Source of the DNA: Octopus vulgaris
Taxonomy: Eukaryota
Direction of reading: 5' to 3'
Length of the DNA: 64,000 nucleotides
Assembly (NCBI GenBank): GCA_951406725.2
Contig: OX597827.1
Coordinates: 28,954,001-29,018,000, forward strand
Position 1 is the stretch's first letter, and the number at the start of each line of letters is the position of its first letter. Under the pieces are notes generated by a model. The model did no database searches and had not been told where the DNA came from. It saw only the letters and a program-made list of their open reading frames with translations. The translations under genes and the position numbers were made by a program. This document shows, one piece after another, positions 1 through 14,242 of the stretch.

Positions 1-548
1 TTAGATTGAGAGCGGATGATAGATGAGCGGTCGATCGTTGAATATAATAAGTAAATATTGAAAGTATGGTGAATTCACAGAGTAAAATTTTATGTAAATT
101 GTTGTGAGGCTATTATTGCGGTTGCTGTAGTTATTTTAGCCCCAGTTCAACACTAATTTAGAGAAACACCGCTTTTCCCTATGTACAAAGTACCCCAGTG
201 ACCCAGACCACATTATAAACGTGTACTTTTCAGGACAGTGGAGTACAATTTATATATAGCTGTTATTTCTAGCAAGCGTCGTTCCCTACTCCAAGGGCTT
301 GTGTTAATGTGAATTATATCAACAAAAACCATTGTTTTAGTATGTGTTGGCGCTAAACAGTGACGTGTATAGATACGAATTCCTTCGATTAGCAGCGTCT
401 GCCTTTATGGTCTCTGCTGCGGAAGAGGAAATAACCACTCCGAAATGCATACATCCAACATCCTAGTTAGATAGCGCTGTGAACTGACTCGGTATGTTTA
501 CACTTGTCTACAGCGTGAAATTTTCTCCATTACAAAAAACAGTGAATA

Positions 549-775
549 GCAGACGAAATACCGCTAAGCATTTCACCCTGCTGCTAACGTTTCTGCCCGC
601 TCGCTGCCTTTGCAAAGCGCCAGTCTTGTCACACTCTGTGTCATGCTGAATCTCCTTGAGAACTACGTTTAGTGTACGTGTGTCTGTGGAGTGCTCAGCC
701 TCGTTCACGTTAATTTCACGCGCAAGATGCTGTGGATCAACTGGAAATCTTATTGAAACCGACGGAGTACCAATT
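549..775. mobile_element. Adjacent SINE fragments: family A head (- strand, ~549-610) and family B tail (+ strand, ~615-775)
   Basis: gcagacgaaataccgctaagcattt matches the reverse of the family A head. cttgtcacactctgtgtcatgctgaatctcc...gttaatttcacg matches the tail of the 7614 copy. Confidence 0.7.
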
Positions 776-1332
776 ACTGCGTATGATTTTTATTCCTTCA
801 CTCCTGGAAATAAGATCGGACAATTGCCGTGCTGATGATGGCTATGAAGCCAGAAACAACCGTATACGACTAGCCTATTTTCTTCAGACAATAACCTGTA
901 TTAGTCCTTAATGGTATGTCAACTTAGAAACAACCTGATTCTTTAAGATTACCTTTCCTTTTCATATGGAACTATTCTCAATCGCCATTTGGCGGTTGAA
1001 ACACATCCAAAGGAGGCTGAGAGAAATCTAATAAATCAGCAATTTATGTTGTATGGCATTTGATATACCTGTATTTGACTATTTTCTTCATTTGCATGCG
1101 ACTGATTACCCAGAGTTCTCTGAACTCAAACGGCAACACAGAATCTCCGATGCTTTTCGAATCTTATTTATTTCTCATCTATGTTTGCCGAATTGCTATG
1201 TTACCCTGTTTACTCAAAAGCACTTCATTTTAAGAGTAAACACACAACACACATACACACACATATGCGTTTGATAAATACCATGTAGGAAACTCTAGGC
1301 ACCTGAGTCACCTCTGTAACTTAACACATGCA

Positions 1333-1386
1333 CATACATATACAAACATACATATATATACTCACATACATACATACATACATGCA

Positions 1387-1420
<34 letters not shown>

Positions 1421-1992
1421 CATACATGCATACGTACGTACGTACATGCACACATACATACATACATACATACATACATACATACATACATACATACATA
1501 CATACATACATACATACATACATACATACATGTAAAACTTTCCAGTAGTTTATCATTTAAGTATATAAGAGCATGTCTAGATATGCAAGTATATGTATGA
1601 GAAGACACATAAAACAAAACATACAAATCTGAACGTGCACTGATTCCAAATACTGCATATATACACACATATATACAAAAGTACTCTGATGATGTTGAAA
1701 TTCCAATGAAGGAGCCTTGGATCTAAGTTAGAAACCGGCTCTTTCTGTATTGGCAAGAAATCTTGAAATATAACTGAATAATAGTATACATACATACATA
1801 CATACATACATACATACATACATACATACATACATACATACATGCATGCATGCATACATACATACATACATACATACATACATACATACATACATACATA
1901 CATACATACATACATACATGCATACATACATACATACATACATACATACATACATACATACATACATACATACATACATACATACATACATA
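1333..1992. repeat. Two (TACA)n microsatellites (~1333-1530 and ~1787-1992)
   Basis: Direct reading; they explain the MYVC/HTYI ORFs. Confidence 0.95.
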
Positions 1993-2694
1993 CTTAAATA
2001 CATATATACATACAGTCAGATAGACTGACAGACACACAGACATATATGGATGCTGTTATATTTATCTTTAATATAAATAGTGTTTGTGGCTAAAATCTAT
2101 GGTGTGACCAATGTGGTATGATGAGAGATTACTTGACTATTGCAAATCTAAATATCATTCGACTCACTTCATTTACCTTCGCCACGTAATTTCACGTTGA
2201 GATATGAAAATTCTGTAAACGAATAGATATTTCTTCGTGTAGGTGATTGTGCCACTTCGTATAAAATGATATCAAAAATTAGCGTGCTGCGAATCTTATA
2301 GTTCTCCATAGCAGATCAAACAACGAGGCTGATGATCAACTGTTTTCCACCGGTGATCATCCTGTCTTTTTTTTGTCAGTTAGCTAAGATTATGTAAATT
2401 AATGTGTGTTCATTATTGAAACTGCGATGTAATTTAAGCGAGATTTGGCTGCTATTTCTGGTTGAGCCATGTGTTCTTATTATTGATAGTTTCAAATAGG
2501 AAGCGATGGCAATAAAGACAATAAAAGAGCCAAGAATGTTTTAAATCAGATTTTACATACTTTTAGCATTGAGGTCGATGCGATAGTCTACTGTATAGTT
2601 ATAAATTAAAGAGGTGGAGAAAGAGCAGTATCCATAATTGCGTGTAAAAGGCTTTTGAGGCGGGTAAAAAAAAAGAAACTAGAAGGAAGTAAAG

Positions 2695-2995
2695 GAACGT
2701 GGCTTAGTAGTTAGGTGTATTTGGTTCTGGATCGTTAAGTCGTGGTTTCGATTACCGAGGGCATGTTGTGATCATGAGCAAGATATTTTATTTCACTTTT
2801 CTCCATTTCACTCAGCTGGCAAAAACAAGGCCAGCCATGTTGCATTCTGTGTCAGGTTGACTCTCTCTAAGAACTACGTTAACGGTGCTTTGTCTGTGGG
2901 CTGCACAGCTACTTGCACGTTAACTTCACGAAGAAGCTGTTCCTTTGATCGGGTCAACTAGAACCCTCGTTGCCCAGACTGATGGGGTGCCAATT
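2695..2995 (+). mobile_element. Degenerate tRNA-derived SINE with family B-like tail
   Basis: A box-like gtggcttagtagtt and B box-like gtttcgattacc; the tail gaactacgttaacgg...cttgcacgttaacttcacg is shared with the 7614 copy. Confidence 0.6.
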
Positions 2996-3155
2996 ACAGG
3001 GAAGTGACCACAAATCAAAGCTTACAGTCGTAGGAAAAAGCGTTTCAAAGCATCAGGTTTCCATGAGACATGAAACGTGGATCAAATGTTTGCAACCCAG
3101 GAAACTTTTCTAAAGGCACCCACAGCACACATGCATTATATTCAGTGCTCTAAGG

Positions 3156-3416
3156 CAGTGGTTCCCAAACGTTTTCTGACTACAGCCCCCTTGACATCCG
3201 GGCCATATTCCTAGCACCCCCACCCCAACTAACCACCACAAACCTCTTTCTGAAGCAAATTCAAAGTAACTGTGTTTCACAAATAAAACTTAACCCAATA
3301 TTTTGTTGTCTTTACATGAATTTCCACCCTATTATCACCCTACTTTTCTTCAACACCCCTTTGGAACTTTCCACTGTCTCCATGGGAGGCAATACCGTCC
3401 ACTTTCGGAACCACTG
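3156..3416. mobile_element. hAT-type (Charlie-like) MITE
   Basis: TIRs CAGTGGTTCCCAAA / TTTCGGAACCACTG. 8-bp TSD CTCTAAGG (3148-3155) / CTCTGAGG (3417-3424), one mismatch. Confidence 0.85.
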
Positions 3417-3422
3417 CTCTGA

Positions 3423-3620
3423 GGCAGCGAGTTGGCAGAATCGTTAGCATACCGGAGAAAGTGCTTAGCGACATTTCGTCCGTCTGTACATTCTGAGTTG
3501 AAACTCCACCGAGATAATCTTTGCCTTTTATCCTTTCGAGGTCGATTAACTAAGTACCACTGGTTCCTCTGGGGTCGATGTAATCGACTAACTCCATCCC
3601 CCAAAATTGTTGGCCTTGAA
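3423..3620 (+). mobile_element. SINE family A (head GGCGGCGAGCTGGCAGAA, central GCCTTTCATCCTTTCGGGGTCGAT motif resembling Deu/Nin-type domains)
   Basis: Homologous to copies at 9041, 14381, 14602, 35190 and 41930; tRNA-like A/B boxes. The domain name is from memory. Confidence 0.75.
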
Positions 3621-3914
3621 GCCGATGTATTAAGTACTCCACCGAAGAACATTTACATTCGATTTGGATGGGCTTCCGCATAGTCTCCACCAATCCAGTG
3701 TCACTAAAAAGACTTGAAACATATCAATGCTACGCCCAAAACGCCATGGAGTAAGATTGAAGCCGGGGTTAGGGTTGTATTGTAGAATAAACTCCTAACC
3801 ACATGACCAAGTCTGCGCTGATTGAACGTAAACAGATTAGATTGTCTGAACACACATGTGTTTCAAATTTTAACAGAAATTTCGCCCCAACTCCCACCGT
3901 CCAGCGATCCACTA

Positions 3915-4040
3915 GGAGTTATTTTATCGACCTCGAAAAGATGAAAAGCAAAGTCGAACCCGGCGGAATTTGAACTGAGAAGGTAAAGCCGGACGAAATA
4001 CCACTAAGCTTTTCGTCCGGCTTGATGACGATTCTATCAG
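3915..4040 (-). mobile_element. SINE family A fragment
   Basis: ttttatcgacctcgaaaagatgaaaagcaaagtcgaacccggcggaatttgaact is the reverse complement of the family A body. Confidence 0.75.
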
Positions 4041-4439
4041 CATACGGTATTTGTCTGAACAAATACTAAACAGAATCAGTGATTGTTATATAACTCTGAC
4101 ACCGAGTAAAGTATCGATGGGTGATCTGAACTATCACCTATCAATCGGTAGGCGGGCTTTCAATCGACTCGAACGGCGGCGAAGGACACCCAGCACTTTG
4201 CTTTTAATTAATTTGATCACATGCTCTCATTAATTTAATTACGTGCTTCCATTAATTCGATCACATGCATATTTTAATTTACGTTTCAATAGCAAAATCA
4301 TAATTTAAAGGAAAATTAAATATTCTTAAATACACACAGCGGTTATTTTACACTTCACGCCCATTCAGTAAGACAGACTCTTGAAATAGTTTCGTATATC
4401 GCCTCTTCTGCACACATTGTAATCACCTCTCTCACTCGC

Positions 4440-4930
<491 letters not shown>

Positions 4931-5022
4931 TGAAAATATAAATATATGAAAGAATGGAGCTGAACGACGAATTAACAAAATTCCTTTATTTTCGACATAT
5001 GTTTCGAAGGCTGCATATTCCT

Positions 5023-5546
5023 GTTTTCATTTGTAATCCATACGTTTCCATTATTTTCTTAATTTCCAAGTTGGCTTGTCTGAGTGTATTCTTATTTGTT
5101 GTTCTGTAATTCTTCTGTATTCCTTTCTTGAGCATTTCTAAATACTGGTTTTTTGCTAGCTTCTATGTGTTCCTGGTTTTATCTGATTGGACAAGGATAG
5201 CGTCTAAACTGTTTATATCTTTGGTGACTTTATTGAGGTATCTAAGGTGTTTATTCCTAAGGGGCGATTTACGGAATTTAATGCTCTTCACAATGTCCCA
5301 CAGGTCGTCCTCAAATTTCTTCAGTCTGGTATTAGGTGGAGGGGTTTCCCTCGACTTCAATAACTTCTTATATTCGGAAGATGTTTCGGTACCGTTCTGT
5401 TTTATATTCCCATTATCATGGAAGAAAGCGAGCCATCTGATTCGGTTGATGAATGCATTTGTTTTGTTGACAATTTCCTTAAGGAAGGTTTCTTTTGGTG
5501 GTATTGGTATGTCCTTAAGGGATGCGTTAATCTCGAACAACGCCAT
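5023..5546 (-). pseudogene. N-terminus of PLE ORF (RT missing)
   Basis: SLKDIPIPPKETFLKEIVNKTNAFINRIRWLAFF and VQSDKTRNT*KL..QYLEMLKKGIQKNY match the SLKNIPIP / ADKTxNxY N-terminal motifs of Naiad-type PLE ORFs. In-frame stop at 5163. Confidence 0.75.
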
Positions 5547-5802
5547 TTGCGGTATCGGTTATGGTAGCAGGATCTCAAGGAGGCTGTATATGAATATTTG
5601 AGTAGTTGAATGAATTATCTTATTAAGGATAATTCGAATTAACCGATACCTGGGTAGCAAATTCACATCAGAAAAAACACGGTTGTAGTTACGTGCCTAG
5701 GGCATAGATTACGTGCTTTCGTGTGGAAATTTGTATGTATATTTTGAAAATATAAATATATGAAAGAATGGAGCTGAACGACGAATTAACAAAATTCCTT
5801 TA

Positions 5803-5885
5803 TTTTCGACATATGTTTCGAAGGCTGCATATTCCTAATTGCGAAGGAATAAGGAGTACATTATGCCGCTTTCTCATCGGGAAAA
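5803..5885 (-). ncRNA. Type I hammerhead ribozyme motif in the PLE pseudo-LTR (U4C core variant)
   Basis: - strand: uuuuc CCGAUGA [long stem II gaaagcggcau...augcagccuuc] GAAA cauaug UC gaaaa. Stem I uuuuc/gaaaa; palindromic stem III. Confidence 0.65.
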
Positions 5886-6484
5886 GCAAGGAACTTATGT
5901 CAACATCAAAATGCACAAAAAACTTTCAGATGATTGCTCACACGGAGCCCATAGCGGTAATGAGTGTCTCTTTAAAATATTCCTTTATAAGGAGTGACGT
6001 CAAAGTGGTTGAAAGTAGAAGAATATAGAAGGTCCTAAAGGTTCAAGGGTTCAAACGAAGTTGGAGGAGAGAGGCAATAGAATAGGAAGGTGAAAGGGTG
6101 CAGGTCGTATGAATAGTGGATTTTGTTAATTTCTTTTGTGAATGAGTGCCTGTGTGTGTGACTGTATATAACTGCATTAATGTGTGTGTGTATGTATGTG
6201 TATGCGTGATTGTGTATGTGGATGGGTAAATGTCAGAAAAGAGACAGTGGTGAGGTGAGATGTTTGTGTCTGTGTGTTTGATTGTGCTTACTATAGAAAG
6301 AGGGAAATAGAGAGAGAAAGAGAGAGAAAGAGGAGGCGAGGTAGAGGGACTAAGGCAACAACCACACTGGATTGGGTAGTAGTTCTTTGAAAGTATAAAA
6401 AAGAATTTTATGACTATGGGGGTGACATATATAAACCAAGGAAGTTATATTAATTAGAATTCAAGGGGTTATCTATATTAATCA

Positions 6485-6780
6485 TTATACATATGAGTGA
6501 AAGGTGTATTTTTGCCAGTGCATGCACCTGTATGACCTCTCGACGATTGTATTTATTAAAGGGACTTTGGCGAACAAAATATGAAAAAGTTGGGAATTAC
6601 AGATGCCACAAAGTTTTCTGCCCTTATCAAACGGAAAGGACACCGACAATATGGACCATTCCAGCTTGAAAGTTGTATTGCTGTCCTTCACACGCCAAAC
6701 TAATTTACTTAGTCCCGTGCTGTGTTGTTTTCTCTTATCTCGGAAAGTTGAATAATGATTGGAGATCCGTTGGGCTAATT
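6485..6780 (-). pseudogene. C-terminal half of PLE GIY-YIG endonuclease
   Basis: HYSTFRDKRKQHSTGLSKLVWRVKD..FKLEWSIL...KLCGICNSQLFHI...LIN...RCMHWQKY follows the W-I..CxxC..LN..CxH pattern of Naiad-type PLE endonucleases. Confidence 0.7.
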
Positions 6781-6823
6781 TAGAAGAAGTTATATATATA
6801 AATATATATATATTCAGAAGAAG

Positions 6824-6884
<61 letters not shown>

Positions 6885-7613
6885 TCTCTCTCTCACACAC
6901 ACGCCCACACACACACGCACGCACACACACGCACACACACACGAACGCACACACGTACACACGCGCCCACACACTCCTCTGTTAATTTCTCTCTCTTCTC
7001 CCCTCTTTCTTCTCCCCTCTCTCTTCTCCTCTCTCTCTCTCTCTCTCTCTTTTCTTCTCTCTTCTCTCATGCAGTATATTAAACTATTGACAACTGCATT
7101 AGACATCTCATTGTAGGTTCCTCATAATTTTAATTTCGATAAGTAATCTATATTACAGACGTCTGTTGTGTAAATTTGAATCATATAGTCAATACAATAT
7201 CTATTTGGGTTTCGGCTGTCCTCCATTTTATCTCTATTTGTAAGCAGCTAGAAGGCAAACATATTTCATTTTCAATAAGCGAAGTCTGTTTCCCATCGCC
7301 GGTTGTTTACAACAAAGTAAGATTGATTTTCGCATAGATTAAATTATGGGTGATATTTCAAACTCCATTTGATTGGATTTCGTTGAGTAATTAAGCGGTA
7401 GGATTGTTAGTAGATCAGTTTCAAATAAGATGTGTAGTCATCTGAAATTAGTAACATAAAAAGAAAACGAAAGCTCGAGAAAATATCGTAATGTTATTAA
7501 TGGTGTATATCATATCTGTATTACATACAAATAAATGTGGTGAATTAGCTTCTTAATAGCAATCTAAGATACCTATGAAATACAGAGTCTTTATATGATA
7601 TGTATTTAAGCGT

Positions 7614-7986
7614 GGAGGCGCAATAGCCCAGTGGTTGGGGCAGCGGACTCGCGGTCATCGGATCGCAGTTTTGATTCCGAGACCGAGCGTTGTGTCTATT
7701 GAGCAAAAACACCTAAAGCTCCACGAGGCTCCGGCTGGGGAGGGGGTGAGTCCTGCTGTACTCTTTCACCACAATTTTCTCTCACTCTTTCTTCCTGTTT
7801 CTGTTGTACTTGTATTTCAAAAGGCTAGCCTTGTCACACTCTGTGTCACGCTGAATCTCCCCGAGAACTACATTAGGGGTACACATGTCTGTGGATAGCT
7901 CAGTCACTTGTACGTTAATTTGACGAGCAAGCTGGCCCGTTGAGTGTATCAGCTTGGACCCTCGTCGTCCTAACCGAGGGAGTGCT
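7614..7986 (+). mobile_element. SINE family B (tRNA-derived, resembles octopus OR-type SINEs), near full length
   Basis: Head GGAGGCGCAATAGCCCAGTGGTT...GCGGACTCGCGGTC...TTTGATTCC with A/B boxes; several copies in the window. Confidence 0.85.
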
Positions 7987-8005
7987 CCTTGTATATATAT
8001 ATATA

Positions 8006-8499
8006 CTAGCAGTATCGCCCGGCGTTGCTCGGGTTTGTAAGGGAAATAACTATATAAGCATTTTTAGATGCCAATTCGGGCTTTCTTAGCCATTTTTGTT
8101 TTGGTGTCTTCAAGCCATGAAGTCGTTGTTCTAAAAGAACGCTGGTCTCCTTCACAACGCATTACGACGTTGATTTCTTTACACTCCCTTCCCCACAGCT
8201 TCACGAGGGAGGGAAGCGGGAGAAGCAAACAGGTGCAGCTGTGAGCGTGGACGCCAACTCCGCCGCCATCGACACACGATGCATTTTATGCATTAAAATG
8301 GAATAAAAAAATGATGTTAAATTATTTTTAAAATCGTAGACTCATCGTTGACGCGCGCTAATAGTCAGACGGGCTCGATATAAATCACGACTATAAGATA
8401 CTCGAATTTGGTTAAACTGCACCGCAAAATGTGGGAGGAGTTAGGAATCTAAATCGGAGGGGACAGACACTCACACAACTAGAGTTTTATATATATAGA
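8006..8499 (-). mobile_element. Non-autonomous Helitron
   Basis: The - strand starts TC(TATATATATAAAAC) and ends CTAG, with hairpin CCCGAGCAACGCCGGG ~12 nt before the end. Inserted between A and T inside (TA)n; no TSD. Confidence 0.85.
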
Positions 8500-8531
8500 T
8501 ATATATATATATACACAAATCGCACATATGT

Positions 8532-8800
8532 GGAGGCACAATGGCCCAGTGGTTAGGGTAGCGAACTCGCGGTCATAGGATCACAATTTCGATTCCCAGA
8601 GCGAACGTTGTGAGTGTTTATTGAGATAAAACACCTAAAGCTCCACGAGACTCCGGCAGGGGCTGGTGGCGAACTCTGCTGTATCACGCTGAATCTTCCC
8701 CCGAGATCTACGTTAAGGGTACACGTGTTTGTGTAGTGCCCAGCCACTTGCACGTTAATTTCACGAGCAGGCTGTTCCGTTATCGTCGCAACCGACGCAG
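8532..8800 (+). mobile_element. SINE family B, internally deleted
   Basis: Same head and tail as 7614; middle segment missing. Confidence 0.85.
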
Positions 8801-9040
8801 TGATGTAGGCATAGTCAAACAAGTTTATCAAAGTCCCATATTGTATGTATTCTTGCAATTGTTTTGAAGAACATTTAGAGCTTCAGGGAATGACAATGGA
8901 ATGACAATGTACAACAAATAGACGTGAATGGATATTTGCAATTTGAGAATGAGAAATGGCATAAAGAAATCAAAGCAAGTATTCTTTTGAGATACACTTG
9001 TACTCTCGACACCAATGCTATATTATTTCATACCCCTTGA

Positions 9041-9400
9041 GGTGGCGGGCGGGCAGAATCGCCAACATGCCGGACGAAATGCTTAGCGGTATTTCGTCTG
9101 CTGCTACGCTCTGAGTTCAAATTCAGCCGAGGTCGACTTTGCCTTTCATCCTTTCGGGGTCGATTAAATAAGTACCAGTTACGCAATGGGGTCGATGTAA
9201 TCGACTTAATCCTGTCCTTGTTTGTCCCTTCTGTGTTTAGCCCCTTTGGGTAGTAAAGAAATAGATATTTCGGTGCCTCTGAAGTCTATTTTGCCTTTCA
9301 TCCTTTCGGGTTGGATAAAATAAGTACCAGTTGAGTACTAGGTTCGACGTAAAGGACTTTCCCCCTTCCTCGAGTTTGCAGGATTGTGCCATGTTTGACA
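9041..9400 (+). mobile_element. SINE family A copy plus second partial body
   Basis: ggtggcgggcgggcagaatc...gagttcaaattc...gcctttcatcctttcggggtcgat; the core motif recurs at ~9290. Confidence 0.8.
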
Positions 9401-9544
9401 CCAATATTATTCACTTCTTTCTTTCTCACTTTTCATCAGTCACACTTCTTCTCTGTCTGCCTCTCCACCTGTCTCTCCCTCCCACGTTTCTCCTTCTCTC
9501 TCTCTGTATATGTCCACACACACACACAAACACATATCTATATA

Positions 9545-10101
9545 CGAGGGTGAGTCGAAAAGTAATGCCATTTTGTTTAGGACAGGTATAATTACCAACA
9601 CAGGAACATGTATCATACATCAAAATGAAGCTGGCCCTCTATGGATCACATCCCTACTTCTCCACATATTCACAGTTTCTCTAAGTAGCCATGTTCCACC
9701 TTCGAATGAGAGCATGTATCTCTGCCCCTTAAAATTCTGTTGACTGTTCTTTGAGCTACATCTTCACTACAGTTTTCACTTCCTCGTCACTTGGAATAAT
9801 GTTTGCCCCTCAAACCTTCTTTCGTGGCGCCGAAGAGATCATAGTTTGAAAGCGCTAAATCTGGCGAGTGTGGAGGTAGTGAAGAAGTGGCCCAAAGAAC
9901 AGTCAACAGAATTTTACGAGGCAGGGATACATGCTCTCATTCGAAGGTGGAGCATTGCTATTGACAGAAACGGTGACTATGTTGAGGAGTAGGAATGTGA
10001 TCCACAGAGGGCCAGCTTCATTTTGATGTATGATACATGTTCCTGTGTTGGTAATTATACCTGTCCTAAACAAAATGGCATTGCTTTTTGACTCACCCTC
10101 G
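9545..10101. mobile_element. Mariner-derived MITE with ~210-bp inverted arms
   Basis: TA-CGAGGGTGAGTC...GACTCACCCTCG-TA. The arms include a transposase C-terminus, KEQSTEFYEAGIHALIRRWSIAIDRNGDYVEE*. Confidence 0.9.
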
Positions 10102-10124
10102 TATAATACACTACATAAATGTAG

Positions 10125-10290
<166 letters not shown>

Positions 10291-13200
10291 TGTTTCTTTA
10301 TTAGCCACACAGGGCTGCACACAGACGGGACAAATTACAAGGTAGAGCTTTTCTTTTGGGGATAAAAAAGGGGTGCTGGTTTCCGATCAAAAAGGATCGT
10401 AAAAGGAAAGAAAGAGGAAAGCAAAAGAAAAAAGGGGGGTAAAAATAAAAGGAAAAAGAAAAAAATCGATCAATAGGGATCATTATCACAGAAATGTCAA
10501 TATAAAGTGTAAAGGGGAAGACAGGTGAGGTTTACCAGTGGAAAGAAAAGCCTACGGAAAAGACCACGGTAACCTCGGTCAATGAAATCACATGTTACAT
10601 TTTTATTCTACAAATAAGTAACTCTCTCTATTAAATTTTTACCGTTCATAGGATCATACTCAAGGTGGCTTCATCATTCATACGTGCCATCCTTGCTACA
10701 TTCACCCATCTTTTATTAAAACATTCACTAGACAAAACTTGCCTCTCTACTCTCATTTTCCTTTTCAAGTGATACTTGAAGAAGTTGATGAGAGATTGAC
10801 CAGAGAGGAAAGTGTTTCTCTCTAATCCTATCAGGCGCGTCCACCAGATACATTCTTTCGCCATAGCCACAAGTATGATAAAAATAGCTCTTCCTTCTCG
10901 TTTAAAGAAAGGAGGCATGACGATATTAACGATAGACTCGGCTGATAAACCGACACGTCCCACACGTGACAGCAGTCGTTCGGCATAAGCCCACAGGTCG
11001 GAGATTGTTGGACACTGCATGATTGCGAACGGTTTCGTCGCTCTGACCGCATCTCGGGCAGATCGGCCCCGTGTTTCTCGAGCCATGCCTATAGAGATTA
11101 TTCCGAACAGGTAGCGCTTCTCGGTAGCACTGCCAGGCCAGGGATCTCTGGAAGTTGTCCATAGGTCCCGGCCCGAAAGTCGTCTTAAAAAGGCGGGTCA
11201 GGTATTCCTCGTCGACGTCCAGGTTCGCCCCAAGATCGTCGTCGTACCTCCCCTCTACTAATCCTCTATAGAATGCTTGGGTGGTGTTGAAGTCACTCAA
11301 GGTCGACCCGGGACGGCAGTGTTGCTTGAGAGCAACGCGACATCGCGGTGCCATTCGCCCTTCCTCGGCCTCTTTTTGATCCACGACTGTAGTTCGGTCA
11401 TGGAGACGAGTTGCGGGAACGCGTGCCTCACAAACGGCGATCACACCTGTTCACTGTCGTCTACATAGAGCTGGGGATGTTGCAGTCTCAGCGGGTGTCT
11501 GCGCATCATCAACCACGGCATGCCAAGCCCTGCTTTTAACGGGTGTTGACAGCAAATGGATCACCTGACCATCGAGACGCATCCTTTCCACAAGAAGCGG
11601 AAGAGAATGCATTCTAGTTTGGTGATGGTAGGGACGAAACAAAGTACGACGGTCAGGCGGTAGTAGATGACGGACGCGATGTACGAGTTCGCCACCTCCG
11701 CCGGACCATCCGTCCAGCGTCCCACGACGGAGGCGCTGGTGGACGGCATGGGCTTGCTTCTCCAGGTGCCGAGCCGCAAGCTCACTGACTTTTCCCGGTT
11801 GATTTTCGCTCCTGTCACCGCTTCCTACTCTTTCAGTTTCTCGCCGACCGGCTCAATGTGCTTGTGGCTTGACACTATGACGGTTATGTCGTCCGCGTAT
11901 GCAGACACGTTCGTCTCGCATCCCAGTTCTCGCGGGATGCCCCTCAGAGTCGCCAGCTTCCGCAGTATTGGCTCGAGAGTCAATACGTATAGAAGCGACG
12001 AGATGGGGCATCCCTGACGGACCGAACGCGCAATTTCGAAAGGTCTCGAGAGATGTCCATTTACGCGAATTACCGAACGGATAACTCTGTACAAAGAAGC
12101 TATCCAGCCGCGGAAGACGGGACCGAAACCAACCGTTCTCAGGACTGCCTCCAAGTATCGATGGTCTACCCTATCGAAAGCTTTCGATTGATCCAAATTG
12201 ATCAGGGCCCCACCCATGCCAGGTTCCTTAACTACTTTGTCTATGATGTAGCGCATCAGATGGAGGTTTTCATGGAAGCTCCGGCCCGGCACGGCGCACA
12301 TTTGCGCCTTGTCAACCAGTTTCTCGATGACAAGCGTCAACCTCTTGGCTAACACCTTGGTCAAAATGTTCAGATCTGCATTGAGCAGTGATGGGCCTAA
12401 AGTTATCTATAATGTCCCCCTTGTTTGGATCTTTCTTCAGCAGCGTTACGGCTCCTCGACTCACAAAACCGGGTATGCTCCCGTTTTGCTGCCAGTTGCA
12501 GTATACCGCTGCCAAGACGTCTCCAAACAAGTCTGGCATACAATTGTAAAACTCGTAGGGCAGACCATCCAAACCCGGCGATTTGTCTCTCGAGTATTCT
12601 GCCATCGCGTCCCGCACATCTGCCGCCGTGATGGCACCTTCGCAGCACTCTGCCTCTCTTGTCGAGAGTCGTGGCAGGCTGTGCAGGTAGTCACTGAAGT
12701 TCAAACTGCGTTCTCGCTCGCCACTCGTCCCGAACAGTCGGGGAAATGCTGCTGAAACGCCTCGTACATCTTGCTCGGCTCGAGCAACTCGCGTCGCTTT
12801 TCATCTACCAGAGACCGAATGGTGGCTTTGTTGCCCCGTTGCGCCTCCGCCACCCGGGCCTCTCTCGTGGCTCCAACACCTTCCATCCTTGGAGCACGCA
12901 TCCCAGCCCTGACAGCACACCCTTCGTGTTTGGCGTTGAAGTGTTGGTCGATGGCCAACCTCGCCGCCAAAACGTCGGATGTGATGCTGCTTCTTATTGC
13001 CTCTTCTAACTTCTTAACTAGCTCACCCTCTACCTTGTTTCTATCTATGGCTAGTGCTTTGCTATACCTAATGGCTTCTGCTTTTACTGCTCTCTTGAGG
13101 GCAAACCACCATTTGTTGTTGACGATGGCTCCCGTCAAAGCCCTCTTTACTAGTGTGCTAATTCGGTTTCTGAAAACCTGTCTCGACGGGAAAGACGCGT

Positions 13201-13768
13201 TCAGTTTCCAGTAACCAGGACCCTAAGACTAGCGTACACGTCACAAGCTTGTGATCTGAGTAGCTGACTATGTGGAATTGTGGACATTCTAAGCTATCCC
13301 TATCTGTTGTCCTGCATAGTATCCTATCTAAATACAATCTCGACGATCCAATGCGGTTGCTCTATGTCCACGTTGGCACATTTGGGTGGTCGAGTCGGTA
13401 CCTGTCAGACAGTTGAAAGCGTCTGAGCAGGTCTCTGAGGCATTTACATCCCCGTCAATTTTCGTCTCTCCCCACGTAGTCTAGATGCGTGTCCAAGGTA
13501 GCATTCCAATTCTCCACTAAAAGTAAAGGACGAGACGTTCCCAGGAATATTTCTAGACATCGAAAGAAATCCGGCCGACCTGTTAAAGGTGGTGCATAGA
13601 CTGCCAGGAGTCGAAAAGCGCACCCATCCCTGCCGTCGACATTCATGTCAACCAGTTTTCCCTCCGGGTCTACGAATATCGTCTTTACTTCGAGATCCAG
13701 ACTCTTGCAAAAAAGTACCACCGTGCCACTACCGCCCATTCTTGGCAGACAGGGAGAAAAATAAATGT
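10291..13768 (-). mobile_element. 5'-truncated L1/Tx1-clade non-LTR retrotransposon in (GATA)n
   Basis: APE, RT and zf-RVT fragments. The 3' UTR ends AATAAAGAAACA followed by (TATC)n; (GATA)n also at 13769-13857. Confidence 0.9.
10646..13765 (-). pseudogene. Frameshifted ORF2 (APE endonuclease, reverse transcriptase, Cys-rich zf-RVT)
   Basis: APE: AVYAP, ENWNATLD, YLDRI, SDHKLV, GPGYWKLN. RT: KSPGLDGLPYEFY, NFRPIT, LDQSKAFDRVDH, RQGCPISSLLY, SAYADD. C-terminus: CPRCGQSDETV..MQCP. Confidence 0.92.
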
Positions 13769-13856
<88 letters not shown>

Positions 13857-13857
13857 C
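13769..13857. repeat. (GATA)n
   Basis: Direct reading. Confidence 0.95.
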
Positions 13858-14177
13858 TAAAACCGTGAATATCCATGCTTTCTTATCACCCTTACCTTCG
13901 TTCTGTCTTCCTCAGTAATGGACACACGTACATACACGTTAACATTCATAAAGAAATACATTTGTACGAATATGACCAAATTATTATCTGTCAATCTCTC
14001 TCCGTCTGTATGTACACAGATAAACACAGACGTTTCTCAACACGATCGTTAAAAGCATTTAGTTAACATATAAAGCTCACACTTTTAAAATTAAGAAATC
14101 TCTTTTTGGAAAAGACATTACTTATTGCAGCATAGGAACAAACTTATTTCTCTCCTTTCTGTTTGTTTTTCTCTGCC

Positions 14178-14242
<65 letters not shown>

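Noticed and set aside
6300-6691. Selenoprotein/SECIS in the Naiad-like PLE
   Set aside because: The conserved Cys positions are ordinary Cys codons, and no SECIS-like AUGA..AA..GA stem was seen after the stop.
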